Counted from the stretch's first letter, positions 1-11,250 are shown. The stretch is DNA of 64,000 bases from Deltaproteobacteria bacterium TL4 (GCA_051382335.1 JBBCAX010000034.1:20512-84511), one strand, 5' to 3'. Notes: generated from the sequence alone by a model not told the origin. Numbers and translations are program-made.

Positions 1-2
1 AT

Positions 3-1292
3 GCGAATACGCTTCCTGTGCCTAAAATTAGATTCTATAAGGCCAAAGAATGGGCGCATTTGGCAGACTGGGAAAAAGAACTGGTACCTTTCTATCAAAC
101 AGCACTGACCATGTTAGGGGCGACCACAAATCCCAGACTGGAGGCCGGTGATAAAGCCTTACAGCAACTGGCAAAAGAAATTGGACGTGAAGAGCATTTT
201 GAAAAGACGGAAGTTGGCGTCTTTTTTGGTAAACCGGAAGTTACTGTCCCCGATCCTTACTTCAAGGGGGAAGGGCCAGAGCGACAGGGCTGTAATTTGT
301 GCGGCTCCTGCATGACGGGATGCCCCAATAACGCAAAAAACTCCTTGGACAAAAACTATCTACACCTTGCTCGCCGGAAAGGCGCAACCATTCAGGCGGA
401 ATCAGAAGTCTATGATGTCATTCCAAACGGGGAAGAGGGGCAAAACGGATACACCGTTAAATGGAAATCATCCACAGCATTGAAAAAACAAAAGGGCGAA
501 TTTCATTGTAAAGGCGTGATTTTTTCAGGTGGTGTCCTGGGGACAGTCGAACTCTTGTTAAAATTAAAAAAAAGCTCCCTCCCCCGTCTTTCCAATCGGG
601 TAGGTTTTAATGTTCTGACAAACTCCGAAAGTTTGATCCCCATCACGTCCTACGATAACAAGGCTGTATTTTCAAAAGGTATTGCTATCGGTTCTATTCT
701 GCACACTGACGAAAACAGTCATGTCGAACCTGTACGTAATGGTCCGGGGAATGGTTTTTGGCGATTACTCCTTGCCCCTATGATTCACGAAAAACGTGTC
801 TGGGAACGAATTGGAAAACTGGGAATGGACTATCTTAAGCACCCTATCAATAATCTAAGAATCGCGACAGTGAAGGACTGGTCTCGGCAGACTCAGATCT
901 TCATGTTCATGCAAACGATCAATAGCAAATTGCGGTTTTCTTTAGGGACGCTAGGTTTACAAACTTCAATTGATGAAGGTGAACCTCCCACTGCGTTCAT
1001 TCCAGAGGCAAAAGAATTAGCCACCCAATATGCACGAATACTCAATGGAAAACCAACAACGCTGATCAACGAAACTCTGTTGGGAATCCCCACAACCGCC
1101 CATATTTTGGGAGGTTCCATGATGGGAATGACTGCAGAAGACGGCGTGATTGACAAGAACAACCGGGTTTTTGGTTATGACAACATGTTCGTCTGTGATG
1201 GCTCAATGATTTCTGCGAATCCAGGTGTCAACCCTTCTCTCTCTATTACGGCTATTTCGGAACGGGCCATGAGTTTGATTCCTCATAAATAA
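3..1292 (+). CDS. GMC-family oxidoreductase (cholesterol oxidase-like), 5' end outside the window
   Basis: Frame is open from the window edge (ANTLPVP). Motifs CxxCGxCMTGC..NAKNSLDKNYL, TAHILGG and DGSMISANPGVNPSLSITA are typical of ChoD-like GMC enzymes. Confidence 0.85.
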   Translation, partial: ANTLPVPKIRFYKAKEWAHLADWEKELVPFYQTALTMLGATTNPRLEAGDKALQQLAKEIGREEHFEKTEVGVFFGKPEVTVPDPYFKGEGPERQGCNLCGSCMTGCPNNAKNSLDKNYLHLARRKGATIQAESEVYDVIPNGEEGQNGYTVKWKSSTALKKQKGEFHCKGVIFSGGVLGTVELLLKLKKSSLPRLSNRVGFNVLTNSESLIPITSYDNKAVFSKGIAIGSILHTDENSHVEPVRNGPGNGFWRLLLAPMIHEKRVWERIGKLGMDYLKHPINNLRIATVKDWSRQTQIFMFMQTINSKLRFSLGTLGLQTSIDEGEPPTAFIPEAKELATQYARILNGKPTTLINETLLGIPTTAHILGGSMMGMTAEDGVIDKNNRVFGYDNMFVCDGSMISANPGVNPSLSITAISERAMSLIPHK

Positions 1293-1527
1293 ACGCGATA
1301 AAACCGATTTCACCAAGACCAGCAATAGCGAAATCGGTTGGAGTCCTCATAGCTGAGAACTCGTGTGTGATACTTCTGACAGATAAAAACCAATCTCTGA
1401 AAGCAATTTTAAAATAAACGAAAGCCTAAAACTCAAATGGGGTTCGTATTTTGCTTGATAGAAAACTTATCTTGAGATCACCACTCCGATGATGTTGGGT
1501 CAATCTTAAACTACGGATCGGGAAGCA

Positions 1528-3999
1528 ATGAAAGACAAACGAATTGAAAGAATCCTAAATAAGATTACAGAGTTAGGGTTAGGGAACTTAGTTACGGCGA
1601 CCATGCATGCGGATGGCAGAGACGACTTGGATGCCGTTTTGGTCGGGTTGAATATGTTGGGCGAAGAATTGTTGAAATCCACGGTGTCACGGGATTACTT
1701 TGACAACATTCTTTCGACAATGGCGGATACGTTAATTGTGGCCAACTCAGACGGAATCATTCTCACCGTAAACCATGCGACACTCCGTTTACTCGGATAT
1801 GAAGAATCCGAGTTGGTAGGACAGCCTCTCCATGTGATCTTTGCGACTCTGCCTAAATTTTTACAGGCTGCGGACATCAGGCAATACATGGAACGTGGAA
1901 GAGAGAAGGCCGTGGAAGTGATTTATCTTTCTAAAGAGGGAAAACACATTAACATGTGGCTTTCCTGTTCTGTGATGAAAGACAAGCTTGACCAAAAACC
2001 CAAAGCCATTATTTGTATGGCGCAGGATATCACCACACAAAAAGACAGGGAAATGGCCTTCTACAAAATGTATCTGGCCGTTGAGCAAAGTTCTTTGGCG
2101 ATTCTGATTACAGATCCCGACGCAAATATTGAGTATGTCAATCCGAAGTTTGAAAAGATGACCGGTTACTCACGTCATGAAGTTCAGGGCAAGAATTGCA
2201 ACATTCTGCAATCTGGTAGAAACTCGACTGCATTATATCGTGAGATGTGGGAGAATATTTCACAAGGCAAAGAGTGGAGCGGAGAACTCCAAAACCGTGC
2301 CAAAGAGGGGACCGTCTATTGGGAGCAACTCTCCATTTCTCCAATTTTTGATGAACACAACAATATTGTCAATTTTCTGGGAATTGTAGAAGATATTACG
2401 GAAAAAAAACTGGCTCATTTTGAACTCAAACAAGCCAAAGAGGCCGCAGAACAAGCCAGTCAGGCCAAGTCACAATTCCTGGCCAATATGAGTCATGAAA
2501 TTCGTACCCCCTTAAATGCGATCAACGGTTACGCCCAAATTTTAATCCGGCGAGCACACCAGTCCGATATCCCGGACTCTTTCCAAAAACCGTTGGAACA
2601 TATTCGAACTGCAGGAGAAAACCTTTATGCCATCATCAACGATATCTTGGATTTGTCAAAAATTGAGGCAGGTAAATTACACATCGAAGAGGAGGTTTTT
2701 TCTCTTTCAGAATTACTCCAAAAAATAACGCGACTTAACTTGCATACCAGCAAAAATAAAGTTCCCTTACATTATGAGCTGACAGAAACACTTCCTGAAA
2801 ATATTAAAACCGATCGAATTAAGTTGACTCAAATCTTAATGAACCTTGTCGGAAACGCGATTAAGTTTTCCAAACGAAACAGCCCTGTCCTCATCAAAGT
2901 ACAACCTCAAAACGAAGATTTCCTTTTATTTCAAGTCATTGACAAAGGTATTGGAATTCCTGAAAATCATCGAGACCGTATTTTTGAAGCGTTTGAACAA
3001 GTCGATGGTTCGATTACCCGTCAGTTCGGAGGAACTGGCTTAGGCTTAGCGATTACCAAGAAACTGGTTATCGGGTTAGGAGGAGAGATTCGGGTTGAAA
3101 GTGAGCTGAATCAAGGGTCATGCTTTTCCTTTACCATTCCTTTAAAACCTTCAAGCGCCTTAGAAATAAAGGAGCGTTTTTCGGAACAGGAACCCATTGT
3201 CTTTTCTAACGAAGTTTGTATTTTGGTTGTGGAAGATAACGAAATGAATCAAGAAATGATCATCACCTTATTTGAAGATTTCGGCATCAAAGTTCATCTG
3301 GCCTCCAATGGAGTTGAAGGCCTGGAAACTTTGGAACAGCTCGCGCAGGTCAATCAAAAGCCGGATTTGATACTCATGGATTTGCACATGCCTAAAATGG
3401 GGGGGTTAGAAGCTATGGAGCACATTCGAAAAAACACGGAATACCAGTCCATTCCCATTGTCGTCCTTTCTGCCGATGCGTTCAGTGAGCAACAACAAAA
3501 AGCGTTTGCCGCAGGGGCCTCGGAATACCTGGTGAAACCCATTGATATTGACACCTTGTTACCAGTCTTAAACCAGTACTTAAAATCGAAGAATCACCCT
3601 AAAATGGAAATAAAAGACACACAACCGCAAACCGAGGGAGCTTCCTCCCTCCCCAAGAACGCTTCTGGTTCCACAGAGTGGGTTGATACCCAGATCTTAC
3701 TCAAATTAAAACCCAAACTTAGACAACGTGTTCTTACCTTGTTTTTTGAACAGTCTCCTGGAAATATTGACAAACTCAGACAATTTGCCAAAGACAATGA
3801 CACCTTTCATTTTGGAGAACTGGCTCATAAGCTAAAGGGTAGCAGTCGGGGAATGGGAGCCATCCCTTTGGCAAAATTATGTGAAATCTTACAATTCAAG
3901 GGAGAACAAACGGATCTGACCGGCGTTTTCCCTTTACTTGATGAACTCGATCAGGTATCCCAAAAAACGATTGAAATCTTGAAAACACTGAAAGACTGA
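1528..3999 (+). CDS. Hybrid sensor histidine kinase (PAS-PAS-HisKA-HATPase-REC-Hpt)
   Basis: FLANMSHEIRTPLN H-box, NLVGNAIKF, GGTGLGL, receiver LILMDLHMP, and C-terminal AHKLKGSS Hpt motif. Confidence 0.92.
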   Translation: MKDKRIERILNKITELGLGNLVTATMHADGRDDLDAVLVGLNMLGEELLKSTVSRDYFDNILSTMADTLIVANSDGIILTVNHATLRLLGYEESELVGQPLHVIFATLPKFLQAADIRQYMERGREKAVEVIYLSKEGKHINMWLSCSVMKDKLDQKPKAIICMAQDITTQKDREMAFYKMYLAVEQSSLAILITDPDANIEYVNPKFEKMTGYSRHEVQGKNCNILQSGRNSTALYREMWENISQGKEWSGELQNRAKEGTVYWEQLSISPIFDEHNNIVNFLGIVEDITEKKLAHFELKQAKEAAEQASQAKSQFLANMSHEIRTPLNAINGYAQILIRRAHQSDIPDSFQKPLEHIRTAGENLYAIINDILDLSKIEAGKLHIEEEVFSLSELLQKITRLNLHTSKNKVPLHYELTETLPENIKTDRIKLTQILMNLVGNAIKFSKRNSPVLIKVQPQNEDFLLFQVIDKGIGIPENHRDRIFEAFEQVDGSITRQFGGTGLGLAITKKLVIGLGGEIRVESELNQGSCFSFTIPLKPSSALEIKERFSEQEPIVFSNEVCILVVEDNEMNQEMIITLFEDFGIKVHLASNGVEGLETLEQLAQVNQKPDLILMDLHMPKMGGLEAMEHIRKNTEYQSIPIVVLSADAFSEQQQKAFAAGASEYLVKPIDIDTLLPVLNQYLKSKNHPKMEIKDTQPQTEGASSLPKNASGSTEWVDTQILLKLKPKLRQRVLTLFFEQSPGNIDKLRQFAKDNDTFHFGELAHKLKGSSRGMGAIPLAKLCEILQFKGEQTDLTGVFPLLDELDQVSQKTIEILKTLKD

Positions 4000-4059
4000 T
4001 CTTAACTCATTTGGGGGGAGCTCATTTAATGACCATGGAATTTAGGGTAAAGAGGGCCC

Positions 4060-5058
4060 ATGTACAATGACTTTCTTTCTTTCAACTTGATTAAAGGCAT
4101 TTTGGATGTTGCCGCGGAAGATTATGGTTTTGATGTAAAAAAACTCCTGCAACACGCTAATATTCCCATCCAATTGTTAGAACATCCCTTTGCCCGAATC
4201 ACCTACGAGCAGTTGCTGGGCCTGATCGAACGAGTTCTGCAATACACTCAAGATGAAGCGTTGGGCCTTCATATCGGAAAAAAAAACATGAATTATGGTC
4301 GAGTTGGAGAAGTCATGTTTAATAGTTCATCGTTAAGACAGGGCTTGGAACTTTGTAGCCGATATCAACGTGTTGCGATGAAAGGGATTAACTTTGACTG
4401 GTTTGAGAATGGCGACAAGCTGTTTATACGAATAGAACCTCAAGTTCCAGAAATGGAAGTCTACCGTGGCATTGTTGAAGTCATCATGACGGCGGTTCTT
4501 ACGGCAGGCAGAAACCGTATGGAGCAAATGCCTGTTCCTTTGGAAGTCTCCTTTGAATATGAGACTCCTTCTTATCTGTCCAAATATGAAGAAGCCTTCC
4601 CTTGTCCTATTCGCTTCAATCAACCTCATAATCAAATGATCTTTAACTCAGAAGTCCTGGATTATCAATTCATCAACCCCGATCCGACTCTCTTCAGAAT
4701 CATGCTGGATGTTTGTGAAAAGCTGATGAAGGAAATGTCGGACAAAGACGCGTTCACAACAAATGTCAAAAAACTGACGGAAAAAATGTTTGATTTCCAA
4801 TTTCCAAACTTTGAAATTGTCGCTCGTACGATGGGAACAACCCCCCGAACTCTTCGCAGAAAATTGAATGAAGAACATGCCTCTTTTCAAGGAATCCTGA
4901 ATGAAATCAGAGTGAAAAAAGCAACTTATTTTCTAAATAAAACCCATCTGTCCATGATGGAAATTTCCAACCAACTTGGATTTGCAAACGCTAGTGCCTT
5001 TCACCGGGCTTTTAAAAAATGGACCGGTAAAACTCCAGGAGAATACAGAAACTCTTGA
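4060..5058 (+). CDS. AraC-family transcriptional regulator
   Basis: C-terminal double HTH (RTLRRKL...LGFANASAFHRAFKKWTGKTP) with an N-terminal ligand-binding domain. Confidence 0.9.
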   Translation: MYNDFLSFNLIKGILDVAAEDYGFDVKKLLQHANIPIQLLEHPFARITYEQLLGLIERVLQYTQDEALGLHIGKKNMNYGRVGEVMFNSSSLRQGLELCSRYQRVAMKGINFDWFENGDKLFIRIEPQVPEMEVYRGIVEVIMTAVLTAGRNRMEQMPVPLEVSFEYETPSYLSKYEEAFPCPIRFNQPHNQMIFNSEVLDYQFINPDPTLFRIMLDVCEKLMKEMSDKDAFTTNVKKLTEKMFDFQFPNFEIVARTMGTTPRTLRRKLNEEHASFQGILNEIRVKKATYFLNKTHLSMMEISNQLGFANASAFHRAFKKWTGKTPGEYRNS

Positions 5059-5196
5059 TTAATGACTGGCGGATATGGGGGAGGAAGCCCTCTCAGGGCA
5101 AGGATCATTTCATGGCAATTGAAATCTTTTTTTGCTTTTGATTCGCATTTTATAGTTGTTTTTTAGCATTTTTGTTGCCATCAAAAGAAAGAGGTG

Positions 5197-5370
5197 AGTC
5201 CACCGCAGAACCATAGGCACTGAAAGCGGAACTTTGAACGGGTGAATATTTCACTTTTTCTGGTACCACTTCACAGTCCCCCCCTGCAAAGGCAGGGGAT
5301 CCGTTTGCGGGCACGAAGTATGTCTTTATTTTCAAACCCGGAACTGGAGACCTGTCTTCGCAGGGAGGAC
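5197..5370 (-). ncRNA. Candidate 6S RNA
   Basis: ~175-nt intergenic segment with complementary ends (GTCC..GGAC), internal TTTGAA/TTCAAA and CGGGT/ACCCG pairs, and a central CCCCTGC/GCAGGGG hairpin. Strand is inferred from resemblance to remembered 6S ends and is unverified. Confidence 0.4.
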
Positions 5371-5383
5371 AAAAAATAATAAC

Positions 5384-5704
5384 ATGGCCGTTGGTGTGTC
5401 ATCTAAGGTAGGAGTAAGGGAAATGGCGTTTCTTGAAATCAAAGGGAATCGGAATATATATATTCATGAGCATGGAGAACAGATGGATGAAGTGCCATCT
5501 CATGGATACTGGCTTAATATTGATCAGTTTATTAGTATCGAGTTTAAAGAAACTGCTAAGGAACATAGCATTAATTTTAAAAAATTAATAGGACAGGAAA
5601 ACGATACATTAATCACTGTTGTTTCTGTGAGATTCGGAAAAAATGTTGAAGAATCAGAATCAGAATTTCAACAAATCCGTCAATTTTTAAAAAACCAAGG
5701 ATAG
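5384..5704 (+). CDS. Hypothetical protein (true start possibly 5423)
   Basis: Open ORF ending 4 nt before the next gene; no recognisable motif. Confidence 0.6.
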   Translation: MAVGVSSKVGVREMAFLEIKGNRNIYIHEHGEQMDEVPSHGYWLNIDQFISIEFKETAKEHSINFKKLIGQENDTLITVVSVRFGKNVEESESEFQQIRQFLKNQG

Positions 5705-5708
5705 AATT

Positions 5709-6458
5709 ATGGCTTCAATATATCAAAATATTCAAAATTTCGTGTCACCTTTCGTTAAGAAGTACTCCCGTTTGGAAGTGAAAGGGCTGGAAAACCTTCC
5801 ATCAGGAACTCGTGGCGCAATATTGGCTCCGAATCATAGCGGAAGTTTATGGTGGGACGCTTTATGTTTAATCTCAGCAATTCCTGATCGAGAAATACGC
5901 TTTGTTGCACATTATTGGGACGCCAGTGTTGCTGTGATTCGTAAAAGTTTGGAAATGATGGACACTTATTTTCTTGACCAAAACTTGAATACCATCGATA
6001 CGCACAATGCGATCGTTCATGGGTTAAAAGCCGGTGAGTTGTTGTGCCAATATCCTGAAGAGTCGTATCATACCATTCGTGACCGGTACACTCTGTTCCG
6101 TCCCGCACCTCAAATCATCAAATACGCACATCTTGCGCAAGTGCCCGTCATTCCTGTCGCCGTCATCGGAGTGGAAGAAGCCGCGGCCACATTGGGCGGG
6201 ATCAAGCTGAGAGGTGTTCCCTTGCACATTCCTTTGCACGTCCCCTTGATTCTCCCCATTAAAGTCACCATTGAATTCGGGACACCTCGTACTTTTGAAG
6301 AACTCACAAGAACGCCCAAAGACTCCTCTTCCATCACAGAAAGCATTTATCAGCAGGGAGCCGATCAATTGGTGGAGTATATGAAATTTTTGATTGGCAA
6401 CTACCGGGAATGTAAAATTTCAGAAGAACGCTATCTGGAAAGAAAAAGTTATTTTTAA
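5709..6458 (+). CDS. Lysophospholipid/glycerol acyltransferase family protein
   Basis: NHSGxxxWD acyltransferase motif, YPEE, VIPVAVIG. Confidence 0.8.
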   Translation: MASIYQNIQNFVSPFVKKYSRLEVKGLENLPSGTRGAILAPNHSGSLWWDALCLISAIPDREIRFVAHYWDASVAVIRKSLEMMDTYFLDQNLNTIDTHNAIVHGLKAGELLCQYPEESYHTIRDRYTLFRPAPQIIKYAHLAQVPVIPVAVIGVEEAAATLGGIKLRGVPLHIPLHVPLILPIKVTIEFGTPRTFEELTRTPKDSSSITESIYQQGADQLVEYMKFLIGNYRECKISEERYLERKSYF

Positions 6459-7333
6459 CTTCTCAAGGTGTGTTGGTGTAAGGATAGAGTCTTACGAATA
6501 GCAGGGTAGATGGACGTTTCAGTTGTCAATTGTTGAAGCTCGATATGTTGCTGCAGGCAACTTTGACGTAAGTTTTCGTGATGACAACTGAAGTTTGTTT
6601 GGTATTTCTCCCAGTCTTGTTGCGATATCCAACGCTTCTGAGTGGGATTTTCAAGATTTTGTATTTGGAATTGTCGGAATGTCGGTTTGATTTCCTCTGA
6701 ATCCAAAATTCTATAAAAGGAAATATTTCTGGCTGTAAATTGGCTCATTTTTATCCAACGTTGCCATTCTGATTCTGGAACTAAAAAATCGGAAATTAAA
6801 AATAAGTGATCTATCGAACGGATAGGATGGTTCAACTGGAAATTACCAGAAGTCGGCTCTTGGCCGTCTTTTAATTTTTTAAGTTGCTGAACCAAATGAT
6901 AAAAGGCCTTTCTGGACGCACGAGGCATTAAAATTTTTTCAGAAGTATACATTGGATGCAAACTTAAACCATCCCCTTGCTTATGAAGAACGTATCCTAT
7001 TCCAAAAGCCAGGAGTGAAGCCGCACGAAACTTGGAAAGTGTTGAAGATTCAGACGCAAAATTCATGGATGCGGAATTATCAAACACAATTAATGAACTC
7101 GCAGGGCTATGACGGTCGCGTTGTTTGACGTAGTAACGATCGGTCCGGGCATAAACACGCCAATCAATTTCTTTGATATCATCCCCGGCACGGTACTCCC
7201 GATATTCCGAAAACTCCAGACTGCGACCGCGGTAAGACAGTGGATGAATCCCGATTCTATTAGCATGAGGAGAGGGTGTGAGGTACAGTTCAACTTGCTT
7301 GAGTTGCGTTAAAAAATCTTGATTGTCAATCAT
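6455..7333 (-). CDS. DUF58 domain protein (vWA-like, usually MoxR-associated)
   Basis: GRSLEFSEYREYRAGDDIKEIDWRVYARTDR, DNSASM, LISDF. Confidence 0.88.
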   Translation of the reverse strand: MIDNQDFLTQLKQVELYLTPSPHANRIGIHPLSYRGRSLEFSEYREYRAGDDIKEIDWRVYARTDRYYVKQRDRHSPASSLIVFDNSASMNFASESSTLSKFRAASLLAFGIGYVLHKQGDGLSLHPMYTSEKILMPRASRKAFYHLVQQLKKLKDGQEPTSGNFQLNHPIRSIDHLFLISDFLVPESEWQRWIKMSQFTARNISFYRILDSEEIKPTFRQFQIQNLENPTQKRWISQQDWEKYQTNFSCHHENLRQSCLQQHIELQQLTTETSIYPAIRKTLSLHQHTLRS

Positions 7334-7342
7334 TCAGGATGC

Positions 7343-8623
7343 TTATTCTTCTGTGAGTTTCACAAAAATCATTTCTTCTTGACGACTATAACTAACGATT
7401 TTTGCTGAGGTGTGTTTCAGGACACTTTCGGAATCAAAAAATACAACTTGAAAAGGAACCTCCTGATCTTGTTTAAGCTCAAAGTTCGCGTTATTACGGC
7501 CATTATTGTACTTATAGAAATCTGTGACCTTTTGTATTCCCCACGTGGCAAGCTCTTCTTCAGAAAGGGTGTTTCCGGCATAGACGATCCTGCTCTCCAC
7601 CACGTTTCGACTGAGATCAAACGCGATCCCTTTGAGTTGAATCCAACGGATTTGATCTTCCGTTGGAAAACGATTGATGAGCGTTCCATTGACCACAAAT
7701 AACGTCCGCTGACTAGGAATGTTTTTCACCCGGATTCCTTGTAATGGCCCCGCAAACTCAAAGCGATGAACCGGCTTCCCCATGAGTTGACTAAAAACCG
7801 ACGAATCCACTAAACCTAAATAAATCCCTGTCCCTGTCACTCCAAGGAAAGCTAACAACACCAAGGTCAAAATAACCACCATCTTGCCCCAAGGAGGCTC
7901 TTCATCCATCTCGTCTTCTTCAACAATGGGCAAGTTTGCATGAGATCTTCGACGAAGTTGTCCTGGTTTGGTGTCTTGAGGGGAGGTAGTTAAAGCTTCA
8001 GATAATGTTGAGGTCAAGGGAGCTTGATTGAAAATATTCTCTGGAATTTCGGACAACGCCATCAACCGTTCGGAAGTTTCTTCAATCGAGCCGTTTTCTA
8101 ATGGAGGCGAATCCGAGGACAGATGGTTTGAGGATGAGATTGTTTCCTCAGAACGAAGCGTTTTAGATCGGTCTCCTGCCGGTCCCATGAAAAGCTTATA
8201 GCGTTGGTTTTCTTTGATGGGCTTGTTTTTTACCTGAATCTCATCATCAAGCGCTGTAGATTCCAAATACGCCAGATCCGCTTCAGAGGGGACTTTAAGT
8301 TGACTTTGTGCTGATGAGGACATGGTCTTTTTCCCAAAAATCTCCGGAGTAAAAATATGCTGACATCGCATGCATTTGACTTTCGTGATTTCCTCTGAGA
8401 GCCGCGCTTGCTTGACTCTGTACTTAGTTCCACATTGAGTACACTGAATAGCAATTTTCGCTTTTTCACCCGAGAAATCCGCAAAAGAGGATTCCTCTGC
8501 TGAGGAAAGAGGAATCTGATTTTGACAGCTCTTACATTTAACAAAAGTCTTGCCGCTAGGTAAAGAACCAACATCGAGGCGGTATGTTGCTTGACATGAA
8601 GAGCAATGGATCAGCATGGGCAT
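7343..8623 (-). CDS. Double zinc-ribbon (MJ0042-type) membrane protein with DUF3426-like C-terminus
   Basis: Two CxxC..Y...VKCxxC ribbons, a low-complexity linker, one TM helix and a C-terminal domain. Confidence 0.75.
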   Translation of the reverse strand: MPMLIHCSSCQATYRLDVGSLPSGKTFVKCKSCQNQIPLSSAEESSFADFSGEKAKIAIQCTQCGTKYRVKQARLSEEITKVKCMRCQHIFTPEIFGKKTMSSSAQSQLKVPSEADLAYLESTALDDEIQVKNKPIKENQRYKLFMGPAGDRSKTLRSEETISSSNHLSSDSPPLENGSIEETSERLMALSEIPENIFNQAPLTSTLSEALTTSPQDTKPGQLRRRSHANLPIVEEDEMDEEPPWGKMVVILTLVLLAFLGVTGTGIYLGLVDSSVFSQLMGKPVHRFEFAGPLQGIRVKNIPSQRTLFVVNGTLINRFPTEDQIRWIQLKGIAFDLSRNVVESRIVYAGNTLSEEELATWGIQKVTDFYKYNNGRNNANFELKQDQEVPFQVVFFDSESVLKHTSAKIVSYSRQEEMIFVKLTEE

Positions 8624-9063
8624 TTTATATCAAAAAATATTTGAAAAACTGGAAACAGATCAAGGCACTTTTAAAAACTGAGAAACACAAATACAGCATT
8701 CAGATGCTTTTCAAAATATCAATGATTGCAATGCTTAGAAATGATTATCGCCCTTTTGCTCCGTCCAGTGATTTCCCAAAACAAACAAGACAGCACATGC
8801 GAAACAGCTCCATCCAATAAGACTCGTAATCGTTAATACTGACATAATACACTCTTATTTTGTTAATCTCATTATGATTGACCTTTGCATACTGATTTGA
8901 ATATAGCAACCTCCCTAAGTGTTGCAAGATTTATCCGATCACGTTTACCGTAAATAACAAAATATTTTAGTATTTGATCCATGCGGCTTGCCTCTTTACC
9001 TTTCCCTCTCACTTTTTCCGTAGGCACTTAATTCGCACTCCCATGAATATAGTGAATATTTTG

Positions 9064-9288
9064 GGTAGTGTCCCAGATTGACTTTAAAGTTGTGAATAAA
9101 TACTTGTCTTATCAGTAGTTTAAAAACTGATCCCTTCAGTGAATTCGACTATCTGTATGAAGCATGACAGCAAAACCTTATTGTTCCTTGATAAGATGTT
9201 TTCCATAGACGACATCCTGGGGTTTATTATTTTATTTAACTAATTGATATCATAATGCAATAACTGTATGTTAATCTGGGACACTACC
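9064..9288. mobile_element. MITE / non-autonomous IS remnant
   Basis: 19-bp terminal inverted repeats with 1 mismatch: GGTAGTGTCCCAGATTGAC (9064-9082) and GTTAATCTGGGACACTACC (9270-9288). No transposase ORF inside. Confidence 0.7.
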
Positions 9289-9558
9289 GAAATATCCATA
9301 AAGCCGTGGATAGAAACTTTTCAGAATTGGAGGCTAGCCGCAAACAGGAGGTTATATTGACTCCGGTTACCACAGGAACCAAACGACAAGCCTCGTCAGC
9401 TCCCAAAGAATCACAAGAAGAAGGCTGTTAGTGGTTTGCTACCTCATTCAGACTTTTTATCTGATCACTCTCTTTCCCGGACAGGCTTTTCCATTTCGTC
9501 CTTCCACAACCGAAGAGACTCTTTGATACCGCTTGGCAAAGGAAGGTTGTTAACACGT

Positions 9559-10842
9559 TTATAATTTTGCAATAGCGTTTCTTAAACCTTCGGCTGTTTT
9601 TTCCAGATCCTCATCGGTATGAGCCGTTGAAACAAATAAAGATTCGAAAGCTGAAGGCGCAATGTAAATGCCTTCCAAAAGGAGATTCTTAAAAAGTTTC
9701 GCAAACAATTTGGTATCGGTTTTCAGCGCTTCATCATAATTAGAAATCGGTTTATCTGAGATAAAAAATCCGAACATTCCTCCTGCATGATGAGTTTGAA
9801 CAGGAATTCCGGATTTAGAAAACGCAGATTGAATTTCATGAATCAACCATGAGGTCTTCCTTCCAAGCTCTGCATAGACTCCGTCTTTTTTGAGTATCTC
9901 CAAGGTTTTAATGCCTGCGGCAACGGCGATAGGATTTCCTGAAAGTGTTCCTGCCTGATAAACAGGCCCTACAGGAGCCACTTGCAACATGATATCCTGG
10001 CGTCCGCCATAGGCGCCCACAGGAAGTCCGCCTCCAATCACCTTGCCAAAAGTGCTGAGATCCGGCATCACTTGAAGTAAGGCTTGAGCGCCTCCAAAAT
10101 CGACACGAAATCCGGTCATGACTTCATCTAAAATCAGAACGATTCCCTCGCGGTCACAGACTTCTCTCAGACCTCTTATAAATTTCAGATTAGGAGCAAT
10201 CATTCCCATATTACCGGGAATCGGTTCCAGAATGATAGCGGCAATTTCTCCGGAATGTTGATCCACAAGGTTCGTAACGGACTCAAGATCATTAAATTTT
10301 GCGAGTAATGTGGATTCCACAAAGGCCGCAGGGACTCCCGCAGAATCCGGAGTTCCTAAAGTTGTCGCACCCGAACCGGCTTTGACGAGTAAGAAATCAA
10401 CACTACCGTGATAGCAGCCTTCAAATTTAATGACTTTATCTCGCCCGGTATACCCACGAGCAACACGAATGGCACCCATTGTGGCTTCTGTTCCAGAGTT
10501 TACCAAACGTAACATTTCCACACTGGGTACCGCCTCCCGGACCATTTCCGCCAGTTGTATTTCCGCTTCAGTAGGAGCACCAAACGAAGTTCCATTCCGT
10601 AGCGCATGGGTGATGGCATGGAGGACTTCCTCGTGGCAATGTCCCAAAATGAGTGGTCCCCAAGATCCTACATAGTCAATAAACTCATTACCATCGACAT
10701 CATATATCTTAGACCCTTTTCCCCTTTCAATAAAAAGAGGAGTCATTCCGACTGATTTAAACGCACGAACGGGGCTATTCACCCCTCCAGGAAGTGATTG
10801 TTGTGCCCGCTCAAAAAGTTGAATAGATTTTGAAATTTGCAT
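9559..10842 (-). CDS. hemL: Glutamate-1-semialdehyde 2,1-aminomutase
   Basis: PGGVNSPVRAF, DYVGSWGP, NSGTEATM, DEVMTGFR, FGKVIGGGLPVGAYGG, QAGTLSGNP. Confidence 0.96.
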   Translation of the reverse strand: MQISKSIQLFERAQQSLPGGVNSPVRAFKSVGMTPLFIERGKGSKIYDVDGNEFIDYVGSWGPLILGHCHEEVLHAITHALRNGTSFGAPTEAEIQLAEMVREAVPSVEMLRLVNSGTEATMGAIRVARGYTGRDKVIKFEGCYHGSVDFLLVKAGSGATTLGTPDSAGVPAAFVESTLLAKFNDLESVTNLVDQHSGEIAAIILEPIPGNMGMIAPNLKFIRGLREVCDREGIVLILDEVMTGFRVDFGGAQALLQVMPDLSTFGKVIGGGLPVGAYGGRQDIMLQVAPVGPVYQAGTLSGNPIAVAAGIKTLEILKKDGVYAELGRKTSWLIHEIQSAFSKSGIPVQTHHAGGMFGFFISDKPISNYDEALKTDTKLFAKLFKNLLLEGIYIAPSAFESLFVSTAHTDEDLEKTAEGLRNAIAKL

Positions 10843-11250
10843 AAGTCCTAGTTCCACAAAGAATGTTATAGTGTGTGAGTTTCATTTTCAGTCTGCTTAT
10901 CTCACAATTCAAATCGCAAGAAAAGTCAAAATATTAAGAGAAGACCAGGAAATCTGCCAAGAAATCGACTTTGATGGCGATTACACCTCAAAGGGACAAT
11001 GTTTTACTGGGGGCAAAATCAAAATTTAATTCGTGTCTACACGGTGGGAGCCGTAGTGGCTCAAAGGAGGGATCAATAATGTGATGAGAAAAACCGCTTG
11101 AGTGAGTTGTGTACTCCACAAGTGCAGCATGCCAAAACTTTCACGAAATTCCGCCAAGTTCCAGCGCACCGCATCAAATACGAGACCTTTCATCTCTGGC
11201 GTAATAAAAAACGCTAAATAGATCCAAATAACAAATAAAATTCCTGGCTA

